Assembly: GCA_944393565.1 (NCBI GenBank)
Contig: CALYAM010000001.1
Location: 58,204-122,203 of the forward strand
DNA from: an uncultured Clostridia bacterium
GTDB taxonomy: Bacteria > Bacillota > Clostridia > TANB77 > CAG-508
Reading direction: 5' to 3'
Length of the DNA: 64,000 bases
Both the position numbers and the translations under genes were made by a program. The notes under the pieces are model-generated. The model had not been told where the DNA came from, did not search any database, and worked only from the letters and a program-made list of their open reading frames with translations. This document shows positions 41,845 through 51,371 of this stretch, piece by piece (the stretch's first letter is position 1; the number at the start of each line of letters is the position of its first letter).

Positions 41845-42711
41845 TTATTTAAATGTAGATGTATGATTTCCTGAAGATGGGTTATTTAAATCAAATATAG
41901 AGTTTACATTTTCACTTTTGTACATTTCTTTATATAAGTTGTATATATTATATATTTTACCTGTATTTCTCAACAAATAAATATTAGTAATATTTTTATT
42001 TGATATTTGATTAGTCTTTATATTTCTAAAATATATGGTATCCGACATGCTATCAAAAAGAATATGATCGTTTGGAGTTTCTATATTATTTGAAGAAGTA
42101 ATATAGACAGGAGCATCAATTACTTTTGCAACAAATTGCCTTTGCTTTCTATGTAATTCAACAGAATAATTAGATTTAGGATCTTCTACATGTATATACC
42201 ATCCATTAGCAAAATCATCTACATCAACATCAAACGAATAGCCATAAGTTTCATTCTTTACTCTTAAGAAAGGAACAGTGTTGTTAAAAAAATCGTTGCC
42301 ATATTGCTTTTCATAATTTAATCTATCGTTTTCAGAAACATCCCAATAGACAAATAATGTTTTGGGAGTTTGCGCCAAAATTTTTACAATGGTTTGATTA
42401 TAATGGTATGGCAAATCATAATGTTCAGGAACATCTACAATCTTTTTTACTGATTTCCTAGATGCTGTGGTTTTCTTCGCTACTTTAGAAGTTGCCTTCG
42501 CTTTTTTTGAGGATGCTTCTTTCTTCTTTTTTAAAGATGAAGCAGCAGAAGCTTTTACAGCTGTCTTGTTATTCTTTTTAGAAGTGGTTTTTCTGGCAGT
42601 TGCTTTCTTTGCCAAAGAGTTTGCCTCTTTTTCTGTTCTGTTTGCAACCTTTTTTGTTTCTTTTTTCATATCTTTTTCGCTTCCAAATGTTTCTTTTGCT
42701 TTCTTTGGCAT
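41845..42711 (-). CDS. Lys/Ala/Ser-rich N-terminal region plus a conserved C-terminal domain. It is probably the DUF4912-type partner commonly encoded next to GH57 branching enzymes.
   Basis: The N-terminal 100 aa are highly basic low-complexity sequence; the C-terminal 180 aa are globular. The family assignment comes from neighbourhood memory only. Confidence 0.35.
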   Translation of the reverse strand: MPKKAKETFGSEKDMKKETKKVANRTEKEANSLAKKATARKTTSKKNNKTAVKASAASSLKKKKEASSKKAKATSKVAKKTTASRKSVKKIVDVPEHYDLPYHYNQTIVKILAQTPKTLFVYWDVSENDRLNYEKQYGNDFFNNTVPFLRVKNETYGYSFDVDVDDFANGWYIHVEDPKSNYSVELHRKQRQFVAKVIDAPVYITSSNNIETPNDHILFDSMSDTIYFRNIKTNQISNKNITNIYLLRNTGKIYNIYNLYKEMYKSENVNSIFDLNNPSSGNHTSTFK

Positions 42712-42881
42712 AACTCCTTCCTCCTTAGTAAACTTTATTATTTAATACTATATCATAATATAAATAAATTCAATAGAAAACGACATATTTTTCCGAAAAA
42801 TTTTTTACAAAAAATTATAAATAGTAAAATATTTGTTTTAAGATAAATAAAAAAGTGTTGACAAAAGGAGGGGAGCCAAAA

Positions 42882-43061
42882 ATGGAAAAGAAAAACAAAA
42901 GCAAAGGAAAAAAAGGAATAACACTAGTAAGTTTAGTAATAACAATAATAGTGCTATTAATATTAGCAGGAGTGGCAATAAATTTAGCAATAGATGAAGA
43001 AGGATTAATAGGGAAAGCAGAAGAAGCGGTAGAAAGTTGGAATAGAGCAGTAGGAGAATAG
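42882..43061 (+). CDS. Small pilin-like protein (class-III signal peptide-like N-terminus), 59 aa
   Basis: AAAGGAGGGGA RBS. MEKKNKSKGKKGITLVSLVITIIVLLILAGVA resembles the type-IV prepilin leader plus hydrophobic helix, but has Ser instead of Glu at position +5. Confidence 0.35.
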   Translation: MEKKNKSKGKKGITLVSLVITIIVLLILAGVAINLAIDEEGLIGKAEEAVESWNRAVGE

Positions 43062-43361
43062 AGCAATGCAATAAAAAACATATTTAACTAAAAACCATGC
43101 ATTTTCAGGACAAAACGAAGAAGATTGCATGAGAAATATATATGACCTTGAAGGAAATCATATTGAATGGACAACAGAAGCCTATTTTACCGACTATCGA
43201 GTTTATCGAGGCAGTAGCTTATATGTATTTTTTAATTAAAAGCGTATATATAAAGTTGGAATATTAGGAAATTCATTAAATAAATATTTTTTTATCTACA
43301 TGTATTGCACAATAAGAATAAATGATGATACAATAAGAAAAAAATTAAGGAGGAAATACCA

Positions 43362-44009
43362 ATGGATGAAAATAAAGTTTTAACAAAAACTTTTTTTTGG
43401 ATGTTTTTAGGGCTATTTATTACAGGAATTGTAGCTGTATTTACTTATAATTCAGAATTATATATTAAATTTATATCTGACAATACGTTTACAATTTTGC
43501 TTATTGTTGAGGTAGTTGTTGTTCTATTATTTTCGTTTCTATTTAAGAAATTACCTCCAACAGCAGTAGCTATTTTATATTTTGTATATGCAATTCTAAA
43601 TGGTGTAACCTTATCAACAATTTTTCTAGTTTTTGATATGTCTTCCATTTACTTATGCTTCTTCATTTCTGCTATAATTTTTGCTGCAATGGCTTTATGG
43701 GGCTATAAAACAAATGTAAATTTGTCAAGGTTTGCACCAATGATGTATGGATTTTTGCTTGCTAGTATTTTTTTAGGGGTTATAAATATTTTTCTACAAA
43801 AATCAATGTTAGATACTGTCCTTTCATGGGTTGTACTTGCGATATTTTTTGGTGTTACAGCTTACGACATACAAAAAATAAAACAGTTACAATATTCAGA
43901 TACAATTCCGGAAAATAAGTTACATATTTATGGCGCAATGGAAATATATCTCGATTTTATAAATATATTTCTAAGAGTTTTATCATTATTTGGGAAGAGA
44001 AAAGATTAA
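43362..44009 (+). CDS. 7-TM membrane protein, possibly of the BI-1/YccA (Bax-inhibitor) family
   Basis: 215 aa, 7 predicted helices, AGGAGG RBS. The family call is tentative. Confidence 0.4.
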   Translation: MDENKVLTKTFFWMFLGLFITGIVAVFTYNSELYIKFISDNTFTILLIVEVVVVLLFSFLFKKLPPTAVAILYFVYAILNGVTLSTIFLVFDMSSIYLCFFISAIIFAAMALWGYKTNVNLSRFAPMMYGFLLASIFLGVINIFLQKSMLDTVLSWVVLAIFFGVTAYDIQKIKQLQYSDTIPENKLHIYGAMEIYLDFINIFLRVLSLFGKRKD

Positions 44010-44692
44010 TGAAAGAAATTTTTAAAAGAACTGAAAGCTTAATTGGAACAGAAAATTTAGAAAAATTAATAAAATCAAAAGTAGCGATATTTGGTATTGG
44101 TGGAGTGGGTTCATTTGCAGTAGAGGGACTTGTAAGAGCAGGCATAGGAGAGATCGTTTTGATTGATAAAGACACAGTTGACATAACAAATTGCAACAGA
44201 CAAATACATGCTACTACCAAAACAATAGGCAAATTAAAAGTTGAAGCAATGAAAGAAAGAGTTATTGAGATTAATCCCGAAATAAAAGTTACTTATTATA
44301 ATGAATTTTACTTACCTGATAATGGAGAGACTTTAATTGATAGCTCGTACTCATATATAATAGATGCAATGGATAATGTAACTGCTAAAATAAGCTTAAT
44401 AAGACAATCAATTAAAAAAAACATACCTATAATTTCATGTATGGGAACAGGAAATAAAATTGAGCCAACGAAATTAAAGGTAGAGGATATAAGTAAAACA
44501 TCAATTTGTCCGCTTGCAAAAATCATGAGACGTGAATTGCGAAAAAATGGAATTTTACATTTAAAAGTAGTATATTCAACAGAAACACCCAAAAACCAAG
44601 GAAATAAAGAAATATCCAGTATTTCTTTTGTACCATCTGTAGCAGGAATGATAATTGCAAGTGAGGTGGTAAAAGACTTGTTGAACAAATAA
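44009..44692 (+). CDS. tcdA: tRNA threonylcarbamoyladenosine dehydratase (ThiF/MoeB E1-like)
   Basis: Rossmann motif VAIFGIGGVGSFAVEGLVRAGIGEIVLIDKDTVDITNCNRQIHAT. 227 aa. The start overlaps the upstream stop (TAATG). Confidence 0.7.
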   Translation: MKEIFKRTESLIGTENLEKLIKSKVAIFGIGGVGSFAVEGLVRAGIGEIVLIDKDTVDITNCNRQIHATTKTIGKLKVEAMKERVIEINPEIKVTYYNEFYLPDNGETLIDSSYSYIIDAMDNVTAKISLIRQSIKKNIPIISCMGTGNKIEPTKLKVEDISKTSICPLAKIMRRELRKNGILHLKVVYSTETPKNQGNKEISSISFVPSVAGMIIASEVVKDLLNK

Positions 44693-44746
44693 AATATATG
44701 ATATAATTAACATGAATAAAATGTAGAAAAAAAGGGGTAGAAACTT

Positions 44747-45451
44747 ATGAAAAAAATATTAACAATAATAGCAATTATTGGAACAATATTAATATATAGC
44801 GTAAATGTTATGGCAGTGGGAATTGAAGAAATCAACATGAATATTGAAATACCTGAGGAGTATTATGATTTAAAATCTGGGATTGAATCTAACGATTCCA
44901 AAATAGAATATTATGAAGCAATATTAAACGTAACAAAAGAGGACTTAATTAGCCAGTATGAACAAAATTCAATTTTATATAATGGAATTAACACAAATTT
45001 ATCTAAAGAAATTATAATATCTCGTGTTGAAAGTAATATTACAAAAAATATATTTCACTTAAATACAGCAACTGCGGATAAAATTAATGAAATTAAAAGT
45101 TTGCTAATTGAGAATGCACAATTGCAAAATATGGAGGTTGAGTCACAAGAAGAATACATATGTAATAATCTTTTATTTATAAATACTATAATACATAGTG
45201 AAGACAGAACAATATTTCAATATTATACAATTGTAAATGGTAGCGCAATTACAATTTCGTTAAACAGCAGTTATACCAATACAAGCAATAATGAGTTAAA
45301 AGAAATAATAGATACAATTTCTTTTGAAGAAATACTAGAAAAACCAACAGATTATACAAATTATATTATATATGGAATTAGTGTAATTTTGATTATAATG
45401 GTAATTGCAATAATGATATTAGCTTTTTCAGGGAAAAAAAATAAATTTTAA
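44747..45451 (+). CDS. Hypothetical exported protein with an N-terminal signal/TM segment and a C-terminal TM anchor
   Basis: Hydrophobic N-terminus and C-terminal helix YIIYGISVILIIMVIAIMILAF followed by SGKKNKF. No domain recognised. Confidence 0.4.
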   Translation: MKKILTIIAIIGTILIYSVNVMAVGIEEINMNIEIPEEYYDLKSGIESNDSKIEYYEAILNVTKEDLISQYEQNSILYNGINTNLSKEIIISRVESNITKNIFHLNTATADKINEIKSLLIENAQLQNMEVESQEEYICNNLLFINTIIHSEDRTIFQYYTIVNGSAITISLNSSYTNTSNNELKEIIDTISFEEILEKPTDYTNYIIYGISVILIIMVIAIMILAFSGKKNKF

Positions 45452-45563
45452 AATAGTCAGATAAACCCTGACTATTTTAAAATTTAGGAAAAATAATTGA
45501 CTTTTTTTTATCAATCATACATAATGATTATATTAGAACATAAGAAAAAACAAGGAGGAACAT

Positions 45564-48134
45564 ATGAACTACATATTTAATAGAATAACAGTTAATCCAC
45601 AATTGCCAAAAAGGATTTCTAGATTATCGGAAATCGCAAATAATTTGTGGTGGACATGGAATACTGAGTTTTTAAAATTATTTAAAAATATAGATATTGA
45701 ATTATGGGAAAAGTGCAATAAAAATCCTGTAAAATTCTTGAAATTAGTTGAACAAACAAAATTAGAGGAAATAGCAACTAATTATGATTTCCTTAAAGAA
45801 TATGACAAAATTGTAGAAAACTTTGATGACTATATGAACAGCAATGAAACATGGTTTAAAAAAAATTACTCTAAGAATAAAGAAAATTTAATTGCATACT
45901 TTTCAGCAGAATATGGATTAGATGAAATCTTACCAATTTATTCTGGAGGATTAGGTATATTATCAGGTGATCATTTGAAATCAGCGAGTGATTTGGGGCT
46001 TAATTTTGTAGCTGTTGGACTACTATATAAAAATGGCTATTTTCATCAAAAAATTAACGGTTATGGTATTCAAGAGACGGAATACAAAAATATTGATTTA
46101 TACAATTTGCCAATTATACCTGTAAATGATGAAAAAGGTGAAGAATTAATTATAGATGTTAGATTCCCAAGAAAAAAAATATATTTAAAAGTATGGAAAA
46201 TTAATGTAGGAAGAATTACCCTCTATTTATTAGACTCGGATATTCCACAAAATACAGATGATTATAGAAATGTCACTCTGCGTTTATATGGCGGAGACAG
46301 AGAAATGAGAATACAACAAGAAATTGTTCTTGGAATGGGTGGAGTAAATTTACTAAAGACATTAGGGCTTAAGCCTACTGTATACCATATGAATGAGGGA
46401 CATTCAGCGTTTGTAACAGTGGAATTAATAAAAAATGAAATAGAAGAAAAAAACGTATCATTTGAGGTAGCAAAAGAATTCGTTACAGCTAAAACCGTTT
46501 TCACAACACATACACCAGTGCCAGCTGGAAATGACATATTTGACATCTCACTTGTTGAAAAATACTTTAAAAATTTTTGGGGTAGATTAAGACTATCAAG
46601 AGAAGAGTTTTTACATTTAGGTATGAGTTGTAAAAATGGAGAACTGGAATCTGGTTTTAATATGGCTATATTAGCTTTAAAAATTGCGGGCAAGAAAAAC
46701 GGAGTAAGCAAATTACATGGCGCAGTTTCAAGAGAACTTTTTTCAGATATTTGGCCTAATATTGCAGACAATGAATCACCAATTACATATGTTACAAACG
46801 GGATACATACATGTTCGTGGCTTGCACCAGGAATAAAGGCTCTTTATAATAGATACTTAATACCATACTGGCAAGATTCTATATATGATAACAATACTTG
46901 GAAAAAAATTGATAATATACCAAATGAGAAATTATGGAGTGAACATAACAAGAGAAAAGAAAAATTGCTAGAATTAATTAAACAAAACATTATTCAAAGA
47001 TTTAAGTCAGCAGGTGTAAGTTACGAGGAAGTAAAAGAACTAATACCAAGTTTAAGAACAGATGTATTAACAATTGGGTTTGCAAGAAGATTTGCAACAT
47101 ATAAACGTGCAACATTAATTTTTAAAGACTTGGAAAGAATTACAAAAATATTAAATGACAAAGATAAACCTGTACAATTGGTGTTTGCTGGTAAAGCGCA
47201 TCCAGCAGATAAAGAAGGACAAGATCTAATAAAATATATTCACGAGATTTCAATGATGCCACAATTCAAAGGAAGAGTTTTTCTATTAGAGGATTACAAT
47301 ATCGCGCTTGCAAGATATTTAGTTAGTGGAGTAGACGTATGGCTTAATAACCCAAGGAGACCGATGGAAGCTTCAGGCACTAGTGGACAGAAAGCGTCGA
47401 TTAATGGAGTAGTAAACTGTAGCATACTTGATGGGTGGTGGGCAGAAGGCTATAATAAACACAATGGTTGGGCAATCGGATCAAATGAGGAATATAGTTC
47501 CTATGAAGCACAAGATAAGGCAGATAGTGAAAGCATATATTACTTATTAGAAAACAAAATTATTCCAACTTATTATAGCAAAGACAAAAATGGAATGTCA
47601 TCAGAATGGTTGAAACTAATGAAAGAATCAATTATAAGTACAGGTGGAAGATTTAGTACTTCCAGAATGTTAGTAGACTATATTAACAAGTTATATATAC
47701 CATTATGTGACTTAACTAATAAATATTTTAATAATGTAGAAACAGTTGAAGATTATGTAAGATGGAAAAATGATGTTTATAATAATTGGAAAGATATTTC
47801 AATAACTCAGCTAAATAATTTAGATAATATAACAATGGATGCAGGAAACAATATAGATGTAATGTGTAATGTACACCTGCCAAATATTAATGTGGAAAAT
47901 GTGCAAGCCCAGGTCTATTATGGAAGAATATTAGATAGCGGTACAGTTGAAAACATAAGCATAATTCCAATGAAGCTTATCAATTCAGAAGAGAATACAA
48001 AAGATTATACTTTTGCAGCAAAAATTGAGCTAAACTCAGGGGGAAATTATGGCTATACATTTAGAATAATGCCAAAACATCCAATGCTATTGGATGCAGA
48101 AAATATGGACTTAATTAAATGGATTACAAAATAA
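45564..48134 (+). CDS. glgP: Alpha-glucan (glycogen/maltodextrin) phosphorylase, long GlgP-family form
   Basis: 856 aa. Pyridoxal-phosphate region ...FAGKAHPADKEGQDLIKYI.... Overall collinear with alpha-glucan family phosphorylases. Confidence 0.8.
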   Translation: MNYIFNRITVNPQLPKRISRLSEIANNLWWTWNTEFLKLFKNIDIELWEKCNKNPVKFLKLVEQTKLEEIATNYDFLKEYDKIVENFDDYMNSNETWFKKNYSKNKENLIAYFSAEYGLDEILPIYSGGLGILSGDHLKSASDLGLNFVAVGLLYKNGYFHQKINGYGIQETEYKNIDLYNLPIIPVNDEKGEELIIDVRFPRKKIYLKVWKINVGRITLYLLDSDIPQNTDDYRNVTLRLYGGDREMRIQQEIVLGMGGVNLLKTLGLKPTVYHMNEGHSAFVTVELIKNEIEEKNVSFEVAKEFVTAKTVFTTHTPVPAGNDIFDISLVEKYFKNFWGRLRLSREEFLHLGMSCKNGELESGFNMAILALKIAGKKNGVSKLHGAVSRELFSDIWPNIADNESPITYVTNGIHTCSWLAPGIKALYNRYLIPYWQDSIYDNNTWKKIDNIPNEKLWSEHNKRKEKLLELIKQNIIQRFKSAGVSYEEVKELIPSLRTDVLTIGFARRFATYKRATLIFKDLERITKILNDKDKPVQLVFAGKAHPADKEGQDLIKYIHEISMMPQFKGRVFLLEDYNIALARYLVSGVDVWLNNPRRPMEASGTSGQKASINGVVNCSILDGWWAEGYNKHNGWAIGSNEEYSSYEAQDKADSESIYYLLENKIIPTYYSKDKNGMSSEWLKLMKESIISTGGRFSTSRMLVDYINKLYIPLCDLTNKYFNNVETVEDYVRWKNDVYNNWKDISITQLNNLDNITMDAGNNIDVMCNVHLPNINVENVQAQVYYGRILDSGTVENISIIPMKLINSEENTKDYTFAAKIELNSGGNYGYTFRIMPKHPMLLDAENMDLIKWITK

Positions 48135-48384
48135 CGAAAGCAGGTTTTTCCTTTCGCAAAATTTGCTTCACCAATATGTACAGTTTAATGAAAATTAATG
48201 CCTCATTGTATATGAAAATAAAAGTTTTTTTTATATACAATGAGGCATTTTGGCTAAATGACTTTTTGAATTAATTGAAAAACATGCTTTATTCTCAAAC
48301 TCTGACGAATATAATAAAATTAGGGTATTCATATTCAGAAAAATGTGATATAATATATTGGTTAAATTAAGAGGAGGAATTAAT

Positions 48385-49821
48385 GTGAGAAAAACAAAAA
48401 TTGTATGCACTATCGGTCCAGCAAGTGAAAAAGTAGAAACAATAAAGGAATTAATAAAAGCGGGAATGAATGTAGCTAGAATTAATTTTTCACATGGTGG
48501 ATTTGAAGAACAAAAAGAAAAAGTAAATAATGTAAAACAAGCAAGAGAAGAATTAAATGTACCAGTAGCTTTGATGCTAGACACAAAAGGACCAGAGATT
48601 AGAACAGGCAAGTTGGAAAAGGATCATGTTTTATTAGAAAATGGTAAATCTATTATTTTAACAACAGAAGAAGTATTAGGAAATGATGAAAAAGTATCAG
48701 TAAGTTATAAAGAATTATACAGAGAGGTAAAAAAAGGAACAACTATATTAATAGATGATGGCTGTATTGAAACAATTGTTGAAAATATTAATGGAACAGA
48801 TATAATATGCAAAGTTATACACGGAGGAATGCTAGGAAATAGAAAAAGTATTAATGTTCCAGGACTAAAATTAAATCTACCAAGTCTTACACAAAAGGAT
48901 ATTAGAGATATAAAAGATGGAATTAATTCTGACTTTGATTTCATTGCTGCATCATTTGTAAGAAGGGCTCAAGATGTATATGACATACGAAAAGTATTAA
49001 AGGAGAATAACGGTGAGAAAATAAAGATTATATCCAAGATAGAAAACAGAGAAGGAATAGACAATTTTGATGAGATACTAGAGGCATCAGATGGAATAAT
49101 GGTAGCACGAGGAGATTTAAGTGTAGAAATCCCAATGGAAGAAGTACCAATTCTACAAAAACAATTTATAAAAAAATGCTATAACGCAGGAAAACCAGTT
49201 ATAACAGCTACTCAAATGCTAGAATCTATGATGAATAGTCCAAGACCAACAAGGGCAGAGGTAAGTGATGTCGCAAATGCAATTTTTGACATGAGTAGTG
49301 CAATTATGCTATCTGGTGAATCTGCTATGGGGAAATTTCCAGTAGAATGTGTAAAGACTATGGATAAAATTGCAACAACAATAGAATCTTCTATTAAATA
49401 TTGGAAAAGATTTCGCAATAGGAACTGCTTATTTGAAAGGACTAATTATGAATTTAATATAAATCACTCAATATGTGCAACTGCTATGAATATGGAAGCA
49501 ACTGCAATCTTTGCTTATACAGAAGGTGGAGACACACCAAGAATGATATCAAGCTTTACACCATGTTGCCCAATTTATGCTATAACACAAAATGAAAAAA
49601 CATATAGACAATTAGCATTGTCATGGGGAGTATATCCAAAATTATTAGAAGAACAGCCATCAATTAATCAACTTTTAGCAGAAGGGATTAAAATTGTAAA
49701 ATCAGAAAACAATTTGAAAGACGGAGATACTATTGTTATTGCTGGTGGTGCGAGTGTTGTTCCTAATATTAAGCAAGAAGATACTATAAATAGGATGATT
49801 GGCGGAGTACTTAAGGTATAA
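48385..49821 (+). CDS. pyk: Pyruvate kinase
   Basis: KIVCTIGPAS, MNVARINFSHG, MLDTKGPEIR and MVARGDLSVEIP motifs. GTG start at 48385 with a GAGGAGG RBS. Confidence 0.9.
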   Translation: MRKTKIVCTIGPASEKVETIKELIKAGMNVARINFSHGGFEEQKEKVNNVKQAREELNVPVALMLDTKGPEIRTGKLEKDHVLLENGKSIILTTEEVLGNDEKVSVSYKELYREVKKGTTILIDDGCIETIVENINGTDIICKVIHGGMLGNRKSINVPGLKLNLPSLTQKDIRDIKDGINSDFDFIAASFVRRAQDVYDIRKVLKENNGEKIKIISKIENREGIDNFDEILEASDGIMVARGDLSVEIPMEEVPILQKQFIKKCYNAGKPVITATQMLESMMNSPRPTRAEVSDVANAIFDMSSAIMLSGESAMGKFPVECVKTMDKIATTIESSIKYWKRFRNRNCLFERTNYEFNINHSICATAMNMEATAIFAYTEGGDTPRMISSFTPCCPIYAITQNEKTYRQLALSWGVYPKLLEEQPSINQLLAEGIKIVKSENNLKDGDTIVIAGGASVVPNIKQEDTINRMIGGVLKV

Positions 49822-49835
49822 AACACAACAAAAAA

Positions 49836-49904
49836 GCAGAGTTTCAACTCTGTTTTTAGACTGCTAACGAAATATATAAAACATATTTCGTTAGCAATTT
49901 TTTA
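49836..49904 (+). terminator. Two tandem rho-independent terminators after pyk (cagagtt/aactctg followed by a T-run; gctaacgaaatat/atatttcgttagc followed by a T-run)
   Basis: Perfect stems read directly from the sequence. Confidence 0.7.
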
Positions 49905-50033
49905 TTTCATAGGAAATCCCCAACGAAATTACCTGAACAATTAGGTTAAATTACCTATCTTCCGATACGATTGCGAAGCAATCTGTGCATGTGGCAGGCC
50001 GATTTTCTTATCTTACTAATCACAGGTATTGCT

Positions 50034-50648
50034 TTAATTTGTACTACCACGACCACAATTACATGGACTATTCATATAGAATTTCTTCTGTGCTAATTTT
50101 TCATGAACTCCATTTAATGCTTCACCAAATCGCTGAAAATGAACGACTTCTCTTTCACGTAAGAAACGAAGAGGATCAATCACATCTGGCTCATCCTTAC
50201 ACAAATCGATTAATTTTTCATAAGTTGCTCTTGCTTTTTGCTCTGCAGCTAAGTCTTCTTGCAAGTTAGCAATAGGGTCTCCTTTGCATGCAATATATGC
50301 TGCTGTAAAAGGGGTACCAGCTGCTGATTGTGGATATATATCTACACCATGATCTGTATAATATGAACCTAAACCAGCTTTTTCTAATTCTTCTGCAGGA
50401 ACACCGTCGGTTAATTGATGAACAATTGTGCCTACCATCTCTAAGTGTGCTAATTCTTCTGTACCAATATCATTTAAAATTGCTTTTGACTTTTGGTCTG
50501 GCATGCCAAACCTTTGAGAAAGATATCGTAATGAAGCTGCAAGCTCACCATCTGGACCACCATATTGAGATATTATAAATTTTGCTAAACGTGGATTTTT
50601 ACATTTGATATTAATTGGATATTCTAATTTTTTATCATAAGTCCACAT
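50034..50648 (-). CDS. cotJC: Spore coat protein CotJC (manganese-catalase family)
   Basis: MWTYDKKLEYPINIKCKNPRLAKFIISQYGGPDGELAASLRYLSQRFGMPD is near-collinear with the remembered B. subtilis CotJC sequence. Confidence 0.85.
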   Translation of the reverse strand: MWTYDKKLEYPINIKCKNPRLAKFIISQYGGPDGELAASLRYLSQRFGMPDQKSKAILNDIGTEELAHLEMVGTIVHQLTDGVPAEELEKAGLGSYYTDHGVDIYPQSAAGTPFTAAYIACKGDPIANLQEDLAAEQKARATYEKLIDLCKDEPDVIDPLRFLREREVVHFQRFGEALNGVHEKLAQKKFYMNSPCNCGRGSTN

Positions 50649-50917
50649 TATAAATCACTCCTTTCCCAAGGCCAAGGTTCTTCAAGCCATCTCCATCTAT
50701 TACATGGAAAGTTAATTGTTAAAGGACCATATACCTTTTGATATTTATCTGTTAAATCTTTATAACATTTTGTATATTCTTTATGAAGGCAAAGTGCTTT
50801 TTGATCTTCGGGATGAGTATCTAAATACAAAGCAAGTTCAATAATTGCAAAATTATATTCTCTAATTTTTTTTAACATTTCGCATCTTGTTTCTTGACAA
50901 GGTCCTGTGTTAAACAC
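50648..50917 (-). CDS. cotJB: Spore coat protein CotJB
   Basis: 89 aa. ELALYLDTHPEDQKA, YGPLTINFP and WPWE motifs. Translationally coupled to cotJA (8-nt overlap). Confidence 0.75.
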   Translation of the reverse strand: MFNTGPCQETRCEMLKKIREYNFAIIELALYLDTHPEDQKALCLHKEYTKCYKDLTDKYQKVYGPLTINFPCNRWRWLEEPWPWERSDL

Positions 50918-51263
50918 GATTACATCCCTCCTTAATTTTATTAGTTTTCTTTATAAAATCAATTTCATCCATAGATTGACCAGGCACATAAGGACTTACT
51001 AATTCTGGAAAAATTGTTCCCATACGCAGACCAACTTCTGGTGTAAATGTTTTGTTTAAAATTTGATTTGCAACATAGCTTTGGCCAAACATTGGATTTA
51101 CTGGAAATACTGATTCTTCTTCATCAAAACCACAAGTACATTCATCATTGTGTTTACAATTATCATGACATAGCATATCATCACAAATATTTTCTAACAT
51201 ATTGCTTTTATCGTTACTAGAAGAACAGCAATATATTTTATTGGTTCTGCAATTTTTATACAT
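50910..51263 (-). CDS. cotJA: Spore coat protein CotJA with an unusual Cys-rich N-terminal extension
   Basis: C-terminal VNPMFGQSYVANQILNKTFTPEVGLRMGTIFPELVSPYVP matches the CotJA signature. GGAGGA RBS before ATG 51263. The N-terminal 45 aa contain 9 Cys. Confidence 0.6.
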   Translation of the reverse strand: MYKNCRTNKIYCCSSSNDKSNMLENICDDMLCHDNCKHNDECTCGFDEEESVFPVNPMFGQSYVANQILNKTFTPEVGLRMGTIFPELVSPYVPGQSMDEIDFIKKTNKIKEGCNRV

Positions 51264-51371
51264 TACAAACTCCTCCTTTACTATACTTATAGGATATTTT
51301 ATGACAAAATAAATAAATTTGTTACAATAAATAACCACCAATTATAATTGGTGGTTATAGGATTTGCTAAT

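Noticed and set aside
40240-48134. GH57 branching enzyme, DUF4912-like protein and glgP, considered as an unusual glycogen cluster
   Set aside because: The arrangement is consistent with ordinary glycogen-metabolism gene clustering. The absence of glgA/glgC in the window is not informative.
49985-50269. Plus-strand 94-aa ORF
   Set aside because: It is antisense to cotJC, which has a near-collinear match to the known CotJC sequence.
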